From positions 4,030,001-4,094,000 of the forward strand of contig OY986949.1 of NCBI GenBank assembly GCA_963920595.1: a stretch of DNA of 64,000 nucleotides. Reading direction: 5' to 3'. This document shows, piece by piece, positions 23,101 through 35,100 of this stretch. A program made the position numbers and the translations under genes. The stretch's first letter is position 1; each line of letters begins with the position of its first letter. The notes beneath the pieces were generated by a model. That model saw nothing but the letters and a program-made list of their open reading frames with translations, was not told the origin of the DNA and ran no database searches. Origin of the DNA: Eimeria praecox. Its lineage: Eukaryota.

Positions 23101-26100
23101 CCTATATAGAGCCAGCTCGTCAATACAACAGTTAGCGGCCGCATAGTTTGCCTGGCCAGCATTCCCCAGCAGTCCGACAGATGAAGAAAACATGACGAAG
23201 TACTTTAGATGCTTTTCCATTCCTCGTGCTCCTAGGCAGTTGTGCAAGTTCCAAGCTCCTTCTACCTTTGGCTTGAAAACTAACTCCACGGCGCGTTGGT
23301 CTTGCTGCGGCAGCGGCTTGTCCATGAGCACCCCTGCGCTATGGAAGATGCCAGTTACAGGCTCTACAAAGTGTAGCTGACCAGTAACATGGCAAATCAG
23401 ATATCCGTTCTGGATACGAGCAAACAGCGTTTCGACATCAGACGCCCGCGCAACATCGCACTGTTGAACGATAACATGTGTGCACGTGCACTTCTCCATA
23501 AGCTGCTGCCAAAGCTTTGCTGTTGTACCCTCCCGTGGAGGTGTCCCCGTTCTAGAGAGCAAAATAACCGTCTTTGCGCCGTTGTCTGCAAGCCAAAGGG
23601 CTACGACGAGACCCAAACCACCGAGTCCACCTGTTATTATGCATGTTTCTCCGTGCCCAACGTTGCTCACTGCCCGTCGGGTGTGAAGGAGTCGAATATC
23701 ACTGAACGTAAGCTGCGGAGTAAACATTCGGCCTCCGCGAACAGCAACTTCAGTCATGGCGTATTGCCGCCCACCTGCTGCAAAGCCTTGGCGGAAATCT
23801 GTTTGATGATACGCATGCAAAATTGATGCAACCTGTTGAACCATATCGGGTGTCAAAGGGGTTGCCTGCTGACCAGGTGATTCAAGATCTATTAATATTA
23901 GAGGCACAGGCCTATTCGCAGCGGCTTCCATTTCAAGCTTGGCTGTTCGGCACAGGCCTCGAACCCCTGCTAGAAGTGGATGAGCTGCCTGTTCCCCAGG
24001 CCTCACGGAGGAAGCACTCGCAACTACAATGACTATAGGGGGTATTGGCTCGGTTCCCTCGGCACCCAGATTCTTTGTAATGCATTGAAGAAGCTCCAGA
24101 ACGTCTGCTGTGTACTCCACTGCCCCGTTCCAGCATTGGCATGCACCGCCCAAATGTACCACTGCATCCCACTCCTCAAGTTTAACGTCTTCCGTCTTGC
24201 GCAAGCCTTTCGAACTATAGTGCAGTTCAACACTGGTGTTATCAGATATGTCCATTCTTTGAAACGCCGAACAAGTAGTCTCTGCTTCTACTCCGTAAGC
24301 AAGCCACTGCAGAGCGCGCCCCTGCTTGGCAGGCTTCTGAGGTGTTCGCCACATTTTGCTTTCGACCCACTTCATGCTCCATAGTAGTCCACGACCAAGG
24401 TCCCGTTCCTTGGGCAGCACCTGGTCTTCTACTACTGGCTGCAGACGCATGGTACCAATCTGAGCAACTACATTGGCGCTCTCATCCAACAAGGTGATCG
24501 ATACGACAGCGCCATCAGACTGTGAAATTGGGCTGGTACTGCCACCAACTATATCTACGTTTGCCCAGTAAGAGCTACCAGATACATCAGTACTGCCCCA
24601 CACTGTGATATCCGATGCCGAAACAGGCACCAAAGCTGTTGCCCAGTCTGGCGCGAGGTGAAGCACGAGGAGTGCAGCGGCTTGGACGCATCCGTCCAGA
24701 ATCGATGGGTGCAGAATAAAGCTACGTTCAAAGTCAGCTACATCATGCCTGAACCGGAGCTCAACAAGCGCTGAGGTTCCGGCGATAGTTATTTCGTTGA
24801 TTGTTTGGAAGCAGGGACCATATTCCAGTCCACGCTGTCTGAGTTCCTGGTACGCTTCAGCTGCAGTGTAGCGCTTGCTCATCTTCTCGAGCATGCGCTT
24901 AGCGGATTCGTTGATGCCGACTGCTGGTGGCTTCGTAGCATCTGTGCAAGCCACCACCGATACCCACCCTTCAGCATGTACCACTGCAGTGGAGAGGTTT
25001 GTATCAGCCGAGACGCTGCCTGCGTGACTCGAGGACAGAGCAACATATGTGCGTTCACCCGCACTCTCTAGTCCTAATGTCAGTCGCACATCGCTGTAAC
25101 TGGTTGGACAGCGTGAGACGTTTGTTCCCCACTTTTCAGGGCCTTCATTCAGAACCATTGGCTGCATTATTGCAACGTCGTGCAACGCAATGCCCTCCTC
25201 GCCAACTTTAGCACCAGACCGTGCCAAGGCGGCACCTATCATCGCATCAATAAAAGCAACTCCTGGAAGGATAGGCGTGCCCCACACAACGTGGTCCTTG
25301 AGTACATCAAGGACGCCGCTGCGGATGATTGCCTCGCAGTGAGTAACCTCGTTGTTGGACACGACAGTGGAGGCAGCAGCGTCACTGTCAATGAGCGGAT
25401 GAGGAACCTTTCTCCATTCGAAGGACCTACAAAGGGAACGCATCAGGGACAGGAAAAGGAGTCTATAAGTGCTTGCCCCAGGTTGAAGCATGAGACACCG
25501 TTTCAGCCGGAATCTACGCTGCTGGTATCCCCCGTCCTCCCTCAACCCCGGCTCTGCAGCAGTCTTACTGGTGATTCCAAATGTGTTTCCGCCTAGCTGC
25601 GTCGTTAAAGCTGCACATTTGCTCGCATTGACGCAGTCGCTCTTTCAGCGTATCTTCATCTGCCTCTTCACCCCGTTCAACCAGGTTCAGGAACTCCGTC
25701 TTTACATCCTCCTTTTGACTGACAATTTGAGCCGTTAGGTTGACTAGTGTTCTCTGCGGCCCGACCTCCAAAAATACGATACGATCGGAAGCAGCTGCCT
25801 TTACAGCTGCCTCAACAGCTTCTCTAAACCTCACAGGCAACGTAAGCTGTTCTCCCCAGTAGTGAGGATCTTGAGTCTCTGACGGTTCCAGCACCCTTCC
25901 ACGCACAGTTGAAGCAATTGTGACAGCAGCTGGCTGCAAATTGACTGTGGCGACAATGGCTTCCATTTCCGGGACGGCGCCGGCCATCAGCGGTGAGTGG
26001 AAAGCATGGGATACCTGCAGGCGCCTGGAAGTCTCCGAAACTCCAAGATGTTTCAACAGCACGTCCACGTGCTCTTTGGTTCCTGAAATAGTGACGCTTT

Positions 26101-29100
26101 GAGGAGCGTTGTCTCCTGCTAGTGCCACTGCATTTAAATGTTGCATGTCGGTTGAAAGGGCTGATTGGATTGCAGCAGCTGGCAGCCGACAGGCAACCAT
26201 GACTCCGTTCTGCTGTGGCTGTGCAGCCAACAATGAAGCGCGCTTCGCAACCAAGCACAACGCATCCCTCCACCCCATGACACCAGCAACAGTAGCTGCT
26301 GCGTACTCACCCAGGCTGTGACCAACAACGACATCTGGCCTCATTCCACGTTCCAGAAGAACCTTACTCAGACCGAGCTCGACCGCAACAATGGCGACTT
26401 GCGAGTACCGCGTCTGGCTCAAAAGCTCCTCCATTGCTTTTCTGTCTGACTGTGCGCCTGCACCGTATATCATATCTTCAATGCTTTGTGGGCCGTTATC
26501 TGGGAACCAGTGCATTTCCTTCAAACAGGCAGTGCACTCAGCAAGCATATCTCTGAATACTGCATTGTGATGGAAGTAGGCGCATGCCATGTCCAAGTAT
26601 TGTGACCCCTGTCCAGTGAAAAGCCATATGACCTTCGCGCGTCCTTCTGCTTGATCGGTTGTAGTCTGCTCCCAGTTGTCCATCCATGTGGACTTGAAAG
26701 TTGGGCTCACCTCGACAATGGCATGTGCATTCGAGCCACCAAATCCAAATGAGCTCACTGCACCCAACAACGGGTCTGAGTCTCGAATACCAAATAGGGA
26801 ATCAAGAGGGATACCCTTGCTGGGGAACATGAGACCTCTGTACTTCTCATTCCTAGTTATGTCAATATGAGGGTTCAGGACATTTAAGTGCAAATTAGGG
26901 GTAGCTTGTCTGTGTTGCAGGACGAGAATGAGCTTGATGAGGCCGGCAATGCCTGCCGCGCCCTCAGCATGGCCCATAAGCGATTTGAGTGCGCCAACGA
27001 TAAGGGGAGGGCTGTCTCCGAAGCCATTGCAGTATACTGCGCGAATCGCGCCAACTTCAATAGGATCTCCCAGAGACGTCCCTGTGCCGTGCGCCTCCAG
27101 GACGGACACGTCTGCTGGCGATTGAACTCGGCCATCTCGCAAGGCTGCTCGTATTACAGCTTGTTGGGCAGGGCCATTGGGTGCTGTTAGGCTGGCGCTT
27201 CTTCCGACGTGGTTGTTCGCAGCCCCACGAATCCACGCGTAGACGGACGAAGGGTCTGTAGATTGACGTGGGAGTGCCTTTAGAAGCAGCGCACCGCAAC
27301 CTTCGCTGCGAACGTAGCCGTTAGCAGATGCGTCGAAGGTCTTGCACCGACCATCGATGCTGAGCATGCGTGCCTTGCATGTTTGTTGAAACGCTTCAGC
27401 CCTTAGCATGAGATTTATGCCAATCACCAAGGCCTGGGATATTGCCTGGTTGGCCATGTAGCTAAGTGCGAAATCAAGCGCAACAATTGAGGAGGAGCAT
27501 GCTGTATCAACGGTTACGCTTGGTCCGGAGAACCCATTAACGTATGAAATCCTGTTTGATAATATGCTTATATGGGCTGCGGTGACCGTGTAAGCGGTGG
27601 CAGACACTCCGCCGTCCAAGGCAGTTTCGTGATTCATGGATCCTACAAAGACTCCTGTTGCTTCCGCGTGCGTCCCTCCGCGCTCAATCCCGGCATCAAA
27701 CATGGCCTCATAGGAGACCTCCAAGGCTACCCTTTGCCTTGGATCCATTTGCTGTGCCTCCAAAGTGGAGATCGAAAAGAAATGGCAGTCAAAGAGATCA
27801 AAATTTCTAATTGATCCACCAGCACGCGTATAAATGCCAGCATCATCAGGCATGCCCGCGCTGTACGCATCGATGTCAAACCTGGAAAGTGGAACATCAG
27901 CGATACAATCCACACCTCCTGCAACCATCTCCCAGAAGCTGATGGGATTACCCACTGAACCAGGGAATCGACATGCCATTCCCACTACTGCAGCGTCTAC
28001 TCCTGACGAAGTGTCCAAAGGCGTAACCTGTTCAACAACTGTGCTCGAAGAGGTCTCTGCTGGGTCTTCTTCGCTAATTTCCTGCAAAAGAAACTTGGTC
28101 AATGCGTCAACGGTTGGATGGTCGAATAAAACCGTAGCGCTTAGCCTTACATGCAATGCGTTTTGAATTGCATCGCGGAATTCGATCGCGCCTAAGGAGT
28201 CGATACCAAGTTCCTGTAGAGGTGCATCGACGGTTATGCCTGCTGCGTCATTTAGAACGGACTTTGCAGCTTGCAGGACGACTTGCTGAATGTGCTCACG
28301 CTTGTCCTTTTGCTTTCCCTTGCTCGCGTGCTGTGCAGACTCTAGACGAGGTCCACCACGTGAGCTTGATGTAGCAGCCAGTGTGTTAGAGGCGGCTGCT
28401 TCAAGCATTCCAATCTCTTCAAGGACTTTAGGAATGGCAAACCTGTACCGCGGGAAGAAGCGACCCCAGTACACAGGTTGGCATCCTACGACGGACTCCG
28501 CATTCTGCTGCACCACAGCACTGAGGGTAAGCAAACCAAGAGCGTTCGATATACCGCCAAACCCCGTCTTTGCGAAGCGCCCTTGCAACTGAGCGGCCAT
28601 GCCCTGCTCTACCCATGGACCCCATTGAATGCTGTGGGCAGCAAGTCCAAGCGAACGCCTATATAGAGCCAGCTCGTCAATACAACAGTTAGCGGCCGCA
28701 TAGTTTGCCTGGCCAGCATTCCCCAGCAGTCCGACAGATGAAGAAAACATGACGAAGTACTTTAGATGCTTTTCCATTCCTCGTGCTCCTAGGCAGTTGT
28801 GCAAGTTCCAAGCTCCTTCTACCTTTGGCTTGAAAACTAACTCCACGGCGCGTTGGTCTTGCTGCGGCAGCGGCTTGTCCATGAGCACCCCTGCGCTATG
28901 GAAGATGCCAGTTACAGGCTCTACAAAGTGTAGCTGACCAGTAACATGGCAAATCAGATATCCGTTCTGGATACGAGCAAACAGCGTTTCGACATCAGAC
29001 GCCCGCGCAACATCGCACTGTTGAACGATAACATGTGTGCACGTGCACTTCTCCATAAGCTGCTGCCAAAGCTTTGCTGTTGTACCCTCCCGTGGAGGTG

Positions 29101-32100
29101 TCCCCGTTCTAGAGAGCAAAATAACCGTCTTTGCGCCGTTGTCTGCAAGCCAAAGGGCTACGACGAGACCCAAACCACCGAGTCCACCTGTTATTATGCA
29201 TGTTTCTCCGTGCCCAACGTTGCTCACTGCCCGTCGGGTGTGAAGGAGTCGAATATCACTGAACGTAAGCTGCGGAGTAAACATTCGGCCTCCGCGAACA
29301 GCAACTTCAGTCATGGCGTATTGCCGCCCACCTGCTGCAAAGCCTTGGCGGAAATCTGTTTGATGATACGCATGCAAAATTGATGCAACCTGTTGAACCA
29401 TATCGGGTGTCAAAGGGGTTGCCTGCTGACCAGGTGATTCAAGATCTATTAATATTAGAGGCACAGGCCTATTCGCAGCGGCTTCCATTTCAAGCTTGGC
29501 TGTTCGGCACAGGCCTCGAACCCCTGCTAGAAGTGGATGAGCTGCCTGTTCCCCAGGCCTCACGGAGGAAGCACTCGCAACTACAATGACTATAGGGGGT
29601 ATTGGCTCGGTTCCCTCGGCACCCAGATTCTTTGTAATGCATTGAAGAAGCTCCAGAACGTCTGCTGTGTACTCCACTGCCCCGTTCCAGCATTGGCATG
29701 CACCGCCCAAATGTACCACTGCATCCCACTCCTCAAGTTTAACGTCTTCCGTCTTGCGCAAGCCTTTCGAACTATAGTGCAGTTCAACACTGGTGTTATC
29801 AGATATGTCCATTCTTTGAAACGCCGAACAAGCAGTCTCTGCTTCTACTCCGTAAGCAAGCCACTGCAGAGCGCGCCCCTGCTTGGCAGGCTTCTGAGAT
29901 GTTCGCCACATTTTGCTTTCGACCCACTTCATGCTCCATAGTAGTCCACGACCAAGGTCCCGTTCCTTGGGCAGCACCTGGTCTTCTACTACTGGCTGCA
30001 GACGCATGGTACCAATCTGAGCAACTACATTGGCGCTCTCATCCAACAAGGTGATCGATACGACAGCGCCATCAGACTGTGAAATTGGGCTGGTACTGCC
30101 ACCAACTATATCTACGTTTGCCCAGTAAGAGCTACCAGATACATCAGTACTGCCCCACACTGTGATATCCGATGCCGAAACAGGCACCAGAGCCGTTGGG
30201 CAGGTAGGGATGTTCTGAAGTGCAAGAAGGACACCAGCTTGGACGCATCCGTCCAGAATCGATGGGTGCAGAATAAAGCTACGTTCAAAGTCAGCTACAT
30301 CATGCCTGAACCGGAGCTCAACAAGCGCTGAGGTTCCGGCGATAGTTATTTCGTTGATTGTTTGGAAGCAGGGACCATATTCCAGTCCACGCTGTCTGAG
30401 TTCCTGGTACGCTTCAGCTGCAGTGTAGCGCTTGCTCATCTTCTCGAGCATGCGCTTAGCGGATTCGTTGATGCCGACTGCTGGTGGCTTCGTAGCATCT
30501 GTGCAAGCCACCACCGATACCCACCCTTCAGCATGTACCACTGCAGTGGAGAGGTTTGTATCAGCCGAGACGCTGCCTGCGTGACTCGAGGACAGAGCAA
30601 CATATGTGCGTTCACCCGCACTCTCTAGTCCTAATGTCAGTCGCACATCGCTGTAACTGGTTGGACAGCGTGAGACGTTTGTTCCCCACTTTTCAGGGCC
30701 TTCATTCAGAACCATTGGCTGCATTATTGCAACGTCGTGCAACGCAATGCCCTCCTCGCCAACTTTAGCACCAGACCGTGCCAAGGCGGCACCTATCATC
30801 GCATCAATAAAAGCAACTCCTGGAAGGATAGGCGTGCCCCACACAACGTGGTCCTTGAGTACATCAAGGACGCCGCTGCGGATGATTGCCTCGCAGTGAG
30901 TAACCTCGTTGTTGGACACGACAGTGGAGGCAGCAGCGTCACTGTCAATGAGCGGATGAGGAACCTTTCTCCATTCGAAGGACCTACAAAGGGAACGCAT
31001 CAGGGACAGGAAAAGGAGTCTATAAGTGCTTGCCCCAGGTTGAAGCATGAGACACCGTTTCAGCCGGAATCTACGCTGCTGGTATCCCCCGTCCTCCCTC
31101 AACCCCGGCTCTGCAGCAGTCTTACTGGTGATTCCAAATGTGTTTCCGCCTAGCTGCGTCGTTAAAGCTGCACATTTGCTCGCATTGACGCAGTCGCTCT
31201 TTCAGCGTATCTTCATCTGCCTCTTCACCCCGTTCAACCAGGTTCAGGAACTCCGTCTTTACATCCTCCTTTTGACTGACAATTTGAGCCGTTAGGTTGA
31301 CTAGTGTTCTCTGCGGCCCGACCTCCAAAAATACGATACGATCGGAAGCAGCTGCCCTTACAGCCGCCTCAACAGCTTCTCTAAACCTCACAGGCAACGT
31401 AAGCTGTTCTCCCCAGTAGTGAGGATCTTGAGTCTCTGACGGTTCCAGCACCCTTCCACGCACAGTTGAAGCAATTGTGACAGCAGCTGGCTGCAAATTG
31501 ACTGTGGCGACAATGGCTTCCATTTCCGGGACGGCGCCGGCCATCAGCGGTGAGTGGAAAGCATGGGATACCTGCAGGCGCCTGGAAGTCTCCGAAACTC
31601 CAAGATGTTTCAACAGCACGTCCACGTGCTCTTTGGTTCCTGAAATAGTGACGCTTTGAGGAGCGTTGTCTCCTGCTAGTGCCACTGCATTTAAATGTTG
31701 CATGTCGGTTGAAAGGGCTGATTGGATTGCAGCAGCTGGCAGCCGACAGGCAACCATGACTCCGTTCTGCTGTGGCTGTGCAGCCAACAATGAAGCGCGC
31801 TTCGCAACCAAGCACAACGCATCCCNNNNNNNNNNNNNNNNNNNNNNNNNNNNNNNNNNNNNNNNNNNNNNNNNNNNNNNNNNNNNNNNNNNNNNNNNNN
31901 NNNNNNNNNNNNNNNNNNNNNNNNNNNNNNNNNNNNNNNNNNNNNNNNNNNNNNNNNNNNNNNNNNNNNNNNNNNNNNNNNNNNNNNNNNNNNNNNNNNN
32001 NNNNNNNNNNNNNNNNNNNNNNNNNCCTCCACCCCATGACACCAGCAACAGTAGCTGCTGCGTACTCACCCAGGCTGTGACCAACAACGACATCTGGCCT

Positions 32101-35100
32101 CATTCCACGTTCCAGAAGAACCTTACTCAGACCGAGCTCGACCGCAACAATGGCGACTTGCGAGTACCGCGTCTGGCTCAAAAGCTCCTCCATTGCTTTT
32201 CTGTCTGACTGTGCGCCTGCACCGTATATCATATCTTCAATGCTTTGTGGGCCGTTATCTGGGAACCAGTGCATTTCCTTCAAACAGGCAGTGCACTCAG
32301 CAAGCATATCTCTGAATACTGCACTGTGATGGAAGTAGGCGCATGCCATGTCCAAGTATTGTGACCCCTGTCCAGTGAAAAGCCATATGACCTTCGCGCG
32401 TCCTTCTGCTTGATCGGTTGTAGTCTGCTCCCAGTTGTCCATCCATGTGGACTTGAAAGTTGGGCTCACCTCGACAATGGCATGTGCATTCGAGCCACCA
32501 AATCCAAATGAGCTCACTGCACCCAACAACGGGTCTGAGTCTCGAATACCAAATAGGGAATCAAGAGGGATACCCTTGCTGGGGAACATGAGACCTCTGT
32601 ACTTCTCATTCCTAGTTATGTCAATATGAGGGTTCAGGACATTTAAGTGCAAATTAGGGGTAGCTTGTCTGTGTTGCAGGACGAGAATGAGCTTGATGAG
32701 GCCGGCAATGCCTGCCGCGCCCTCAGCATGGCCCATAAGCGATTTGAGTGCGCCAACGATAAGGGGAGGGCTGTCTCCGAAGTCATTGCAGTATACCGCG
32801 CGAAATGCTCCAACTTCAATAGGATCTCCCAGAGACGTCCCTGTGCCGTGCGCCTCCAGGACGGACACGTCTGCTGGCGATTGAACTCGGCCATCTCGCA
32901 AGGCTGCTCGTATTACAGCTTGTTGGGCAGGGCCGTTGGGTGCTGTTAGGCTGGCGCTTCTTCCGACATGGTTGTTGGCAGCCCCACGAATCCACGCGTA
33001 GACGGACGAAGGGTCTGTAGATTGACGTGGGAGTGCCTTTAGAAGCAGCGCACCGCAACCTTCGCTGCGAACGTAGCCGTTAGCAGATGCGTCGAAGGTC
33101 TTGCACCGGCCATCGACACTTAGCATGCCAGCTTTGCAATACTGTTCAAAAATATGATGGTTAATTAATATGTGAACGCCTGCAGCAAGGGCCGCGTTGC
33201 ATCGTCCTTCGTTGAGAAGTTGCTTAGCCACGTCGAGCGCTACAAGAGAAGAAGAGCAGGCAGTGTCGATGGTCATACTCGGTCCGTGAAGGTTAAATAC
33301 ATAGGAAAGCCGGTTGGAAACGATTGATGCAGCTCCACCAGTCCCAGTCAGGCTTTTAGCCGCTTGGTTTGAGGTGCAGGCTTCGCGAGCCCAGTCATTG
33401 TTGCAGCAGCCCACGACAATGGCTGCATCCAGTATACTGTTTTCCTGCAGGTCACTGGCAATGGCCTCGTGGCACACTTCCAGCAAGACGCGTTGATGCG
33501 GGTCCATCAACTGGGCCTCAGCAATGGAAATGTTGAACGATGCATTGTCGAATAAGGCCATGTCTGGGTAGATTCCAGCATCATTAACGTAAAGTTTATT
33601 AGATGCCTCTACATCAGAATCTCTGTACTTCCAAGGATCAAAACGAGTGAGCGGAATGTGGTGAATACAGTCCTGGCCAGCTTGGAGTGCATCCCAAAAC
33701 TCCGACTCACGTCGAGCCTTTGGAGGGAACCTGCAAGCCAGTGCAGTCACCGCAACGGAGCATCGAGCAGTAGGATGTCCCACCCCTGGGAGCATCTGAT
33801 TGCCCACATCCCCCTCCTGTGCAGAAGATATTTGCTCCAAGTATTCCACAAGCTGCTCAACGCATGGATGGTCGTATAAGATGGTTGCTGGTAGCTGAAT
33901 TTTGAGCCTCTTCGAGAGGCCTTCCCTGATTCCAATAGATGTCATTGAATCTACTCCTGCCTCCACAAATGGGGTGTTTTCTTGCAAAGGCTCCTCCAGG
34001 TTAAGCGCTAGCTTGAGTGCCTCGTCAACGGCTGCCTTTATCTGTTCGCGGGAGATGGTAGGCGCGGAGGATGCTGGAACGTTATGATGCGGCGAATTAA
34101 CTGCCAAAGGAAAAGGTGAGGAACGCCCCGGAGAATGTGAGCTGCCGTCAGGGCGCATATCCAGTTCCTCACTGCCAGATGAGAACGTGCCAACCTCAGC
34201 ATGCGTCGCTTGGTGACTACCATTTCCACAGCAAATGGAGTTCAATCTATTGTCCTGGTGTGTTTCCTTGGGTCGCCTGTGAGTGGCCACATTGCCGGGC
34301 CCGAGGACTGGTACCTCAGTGAACACTACAGAGCCACTCCGTCCAGCATCCTGGTCCGTCGACGGCCCGATAAGACTGAAGGTCGTCCCACAGAAAGATG
34401 AAGTGGGGGTTGCAATACAACCCTCAGGAGTGATTAATTCCACTGGAGAAACCCCTCCATTGCTGCCTCCTGGCATGCTAATCAGGTGAGACCAGGGAAA
34501 CCTGTTCTTCTTCCAGTAGCACTTGTCGTTCAGCTGTGCCTTAAAATCATGCTGACCAGCCGCTGGGCCTTCCAAAATGACGTGACCGTTACAGCCGCCA
34601 ACACCAAATGAGCTGACACCCACCACCAGTGGCCGATCAGGGACAGGGAACTTTGTTGCCGTTCGAGGGATGGAAAAGTATTGTGGCACCCTATCTATTA
34701 AGCTGCTAAGGCGATTGAAGTGAAGGGTGCCCGGCACACAACGGTTGATGAGTACAAGAATAGCCTTGCAGATTCCTGCGCCCCCCGACGCGCCTTCACA
34801 ATGGCCAATATTCCCTTTGATTGAACCAACAAGAAGTGGCCTTGCGGGTTCGTGAGAGTTCCCAAAGACAGCTGCAAGGCTTTGAACCTCTACAGCATCA
34901 CCCATCCTCGTTCCTGTGCCATGCGCCTCAATGTAATCGACATCGTTTGGAGAGATATTTGCTTTGCTTAGTGCTCCCTCCATGACACGCCGTTCAGCAC
35001 CTTCGCTGGGAGCTGTGGTTGAGAACGCCCTCCCACTATGCACCACAGCGTGTCCACGAACATACGCGAGTGGGCTTACGAGCGAAGTGTCAACATAATC

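Larger units (their letters stand above)
20200..33117. repeat. Tandem near-identical duplication with a 5,557-bp period (~2.3 copies visible)
   Basis: Sequence at x recurs at x+5557 (e.g. 22404 and 27961), and at x+5759 beyond the gap. Duplicated small ORFs in the ORF track confirm the period. Confidence 0.95.

Noticed and set aside
25427..25568. Separate PKS genes starting MREDGGYQ... (ORFs 20017-25545 and 25565-31102)
   Set aside because: These N-termini are intron read-through; GT-AG splicing joins the ORFs into one polypeptide.
31381..32093. Apparent frameshift in the AT domain (ORF 31381-35499 ends in nonsense sequence)
   Set aside because: Caused by the arbitrary 200-N gap plus the 2-nt overlap; the flanks join in frame as in the paralogous copies.
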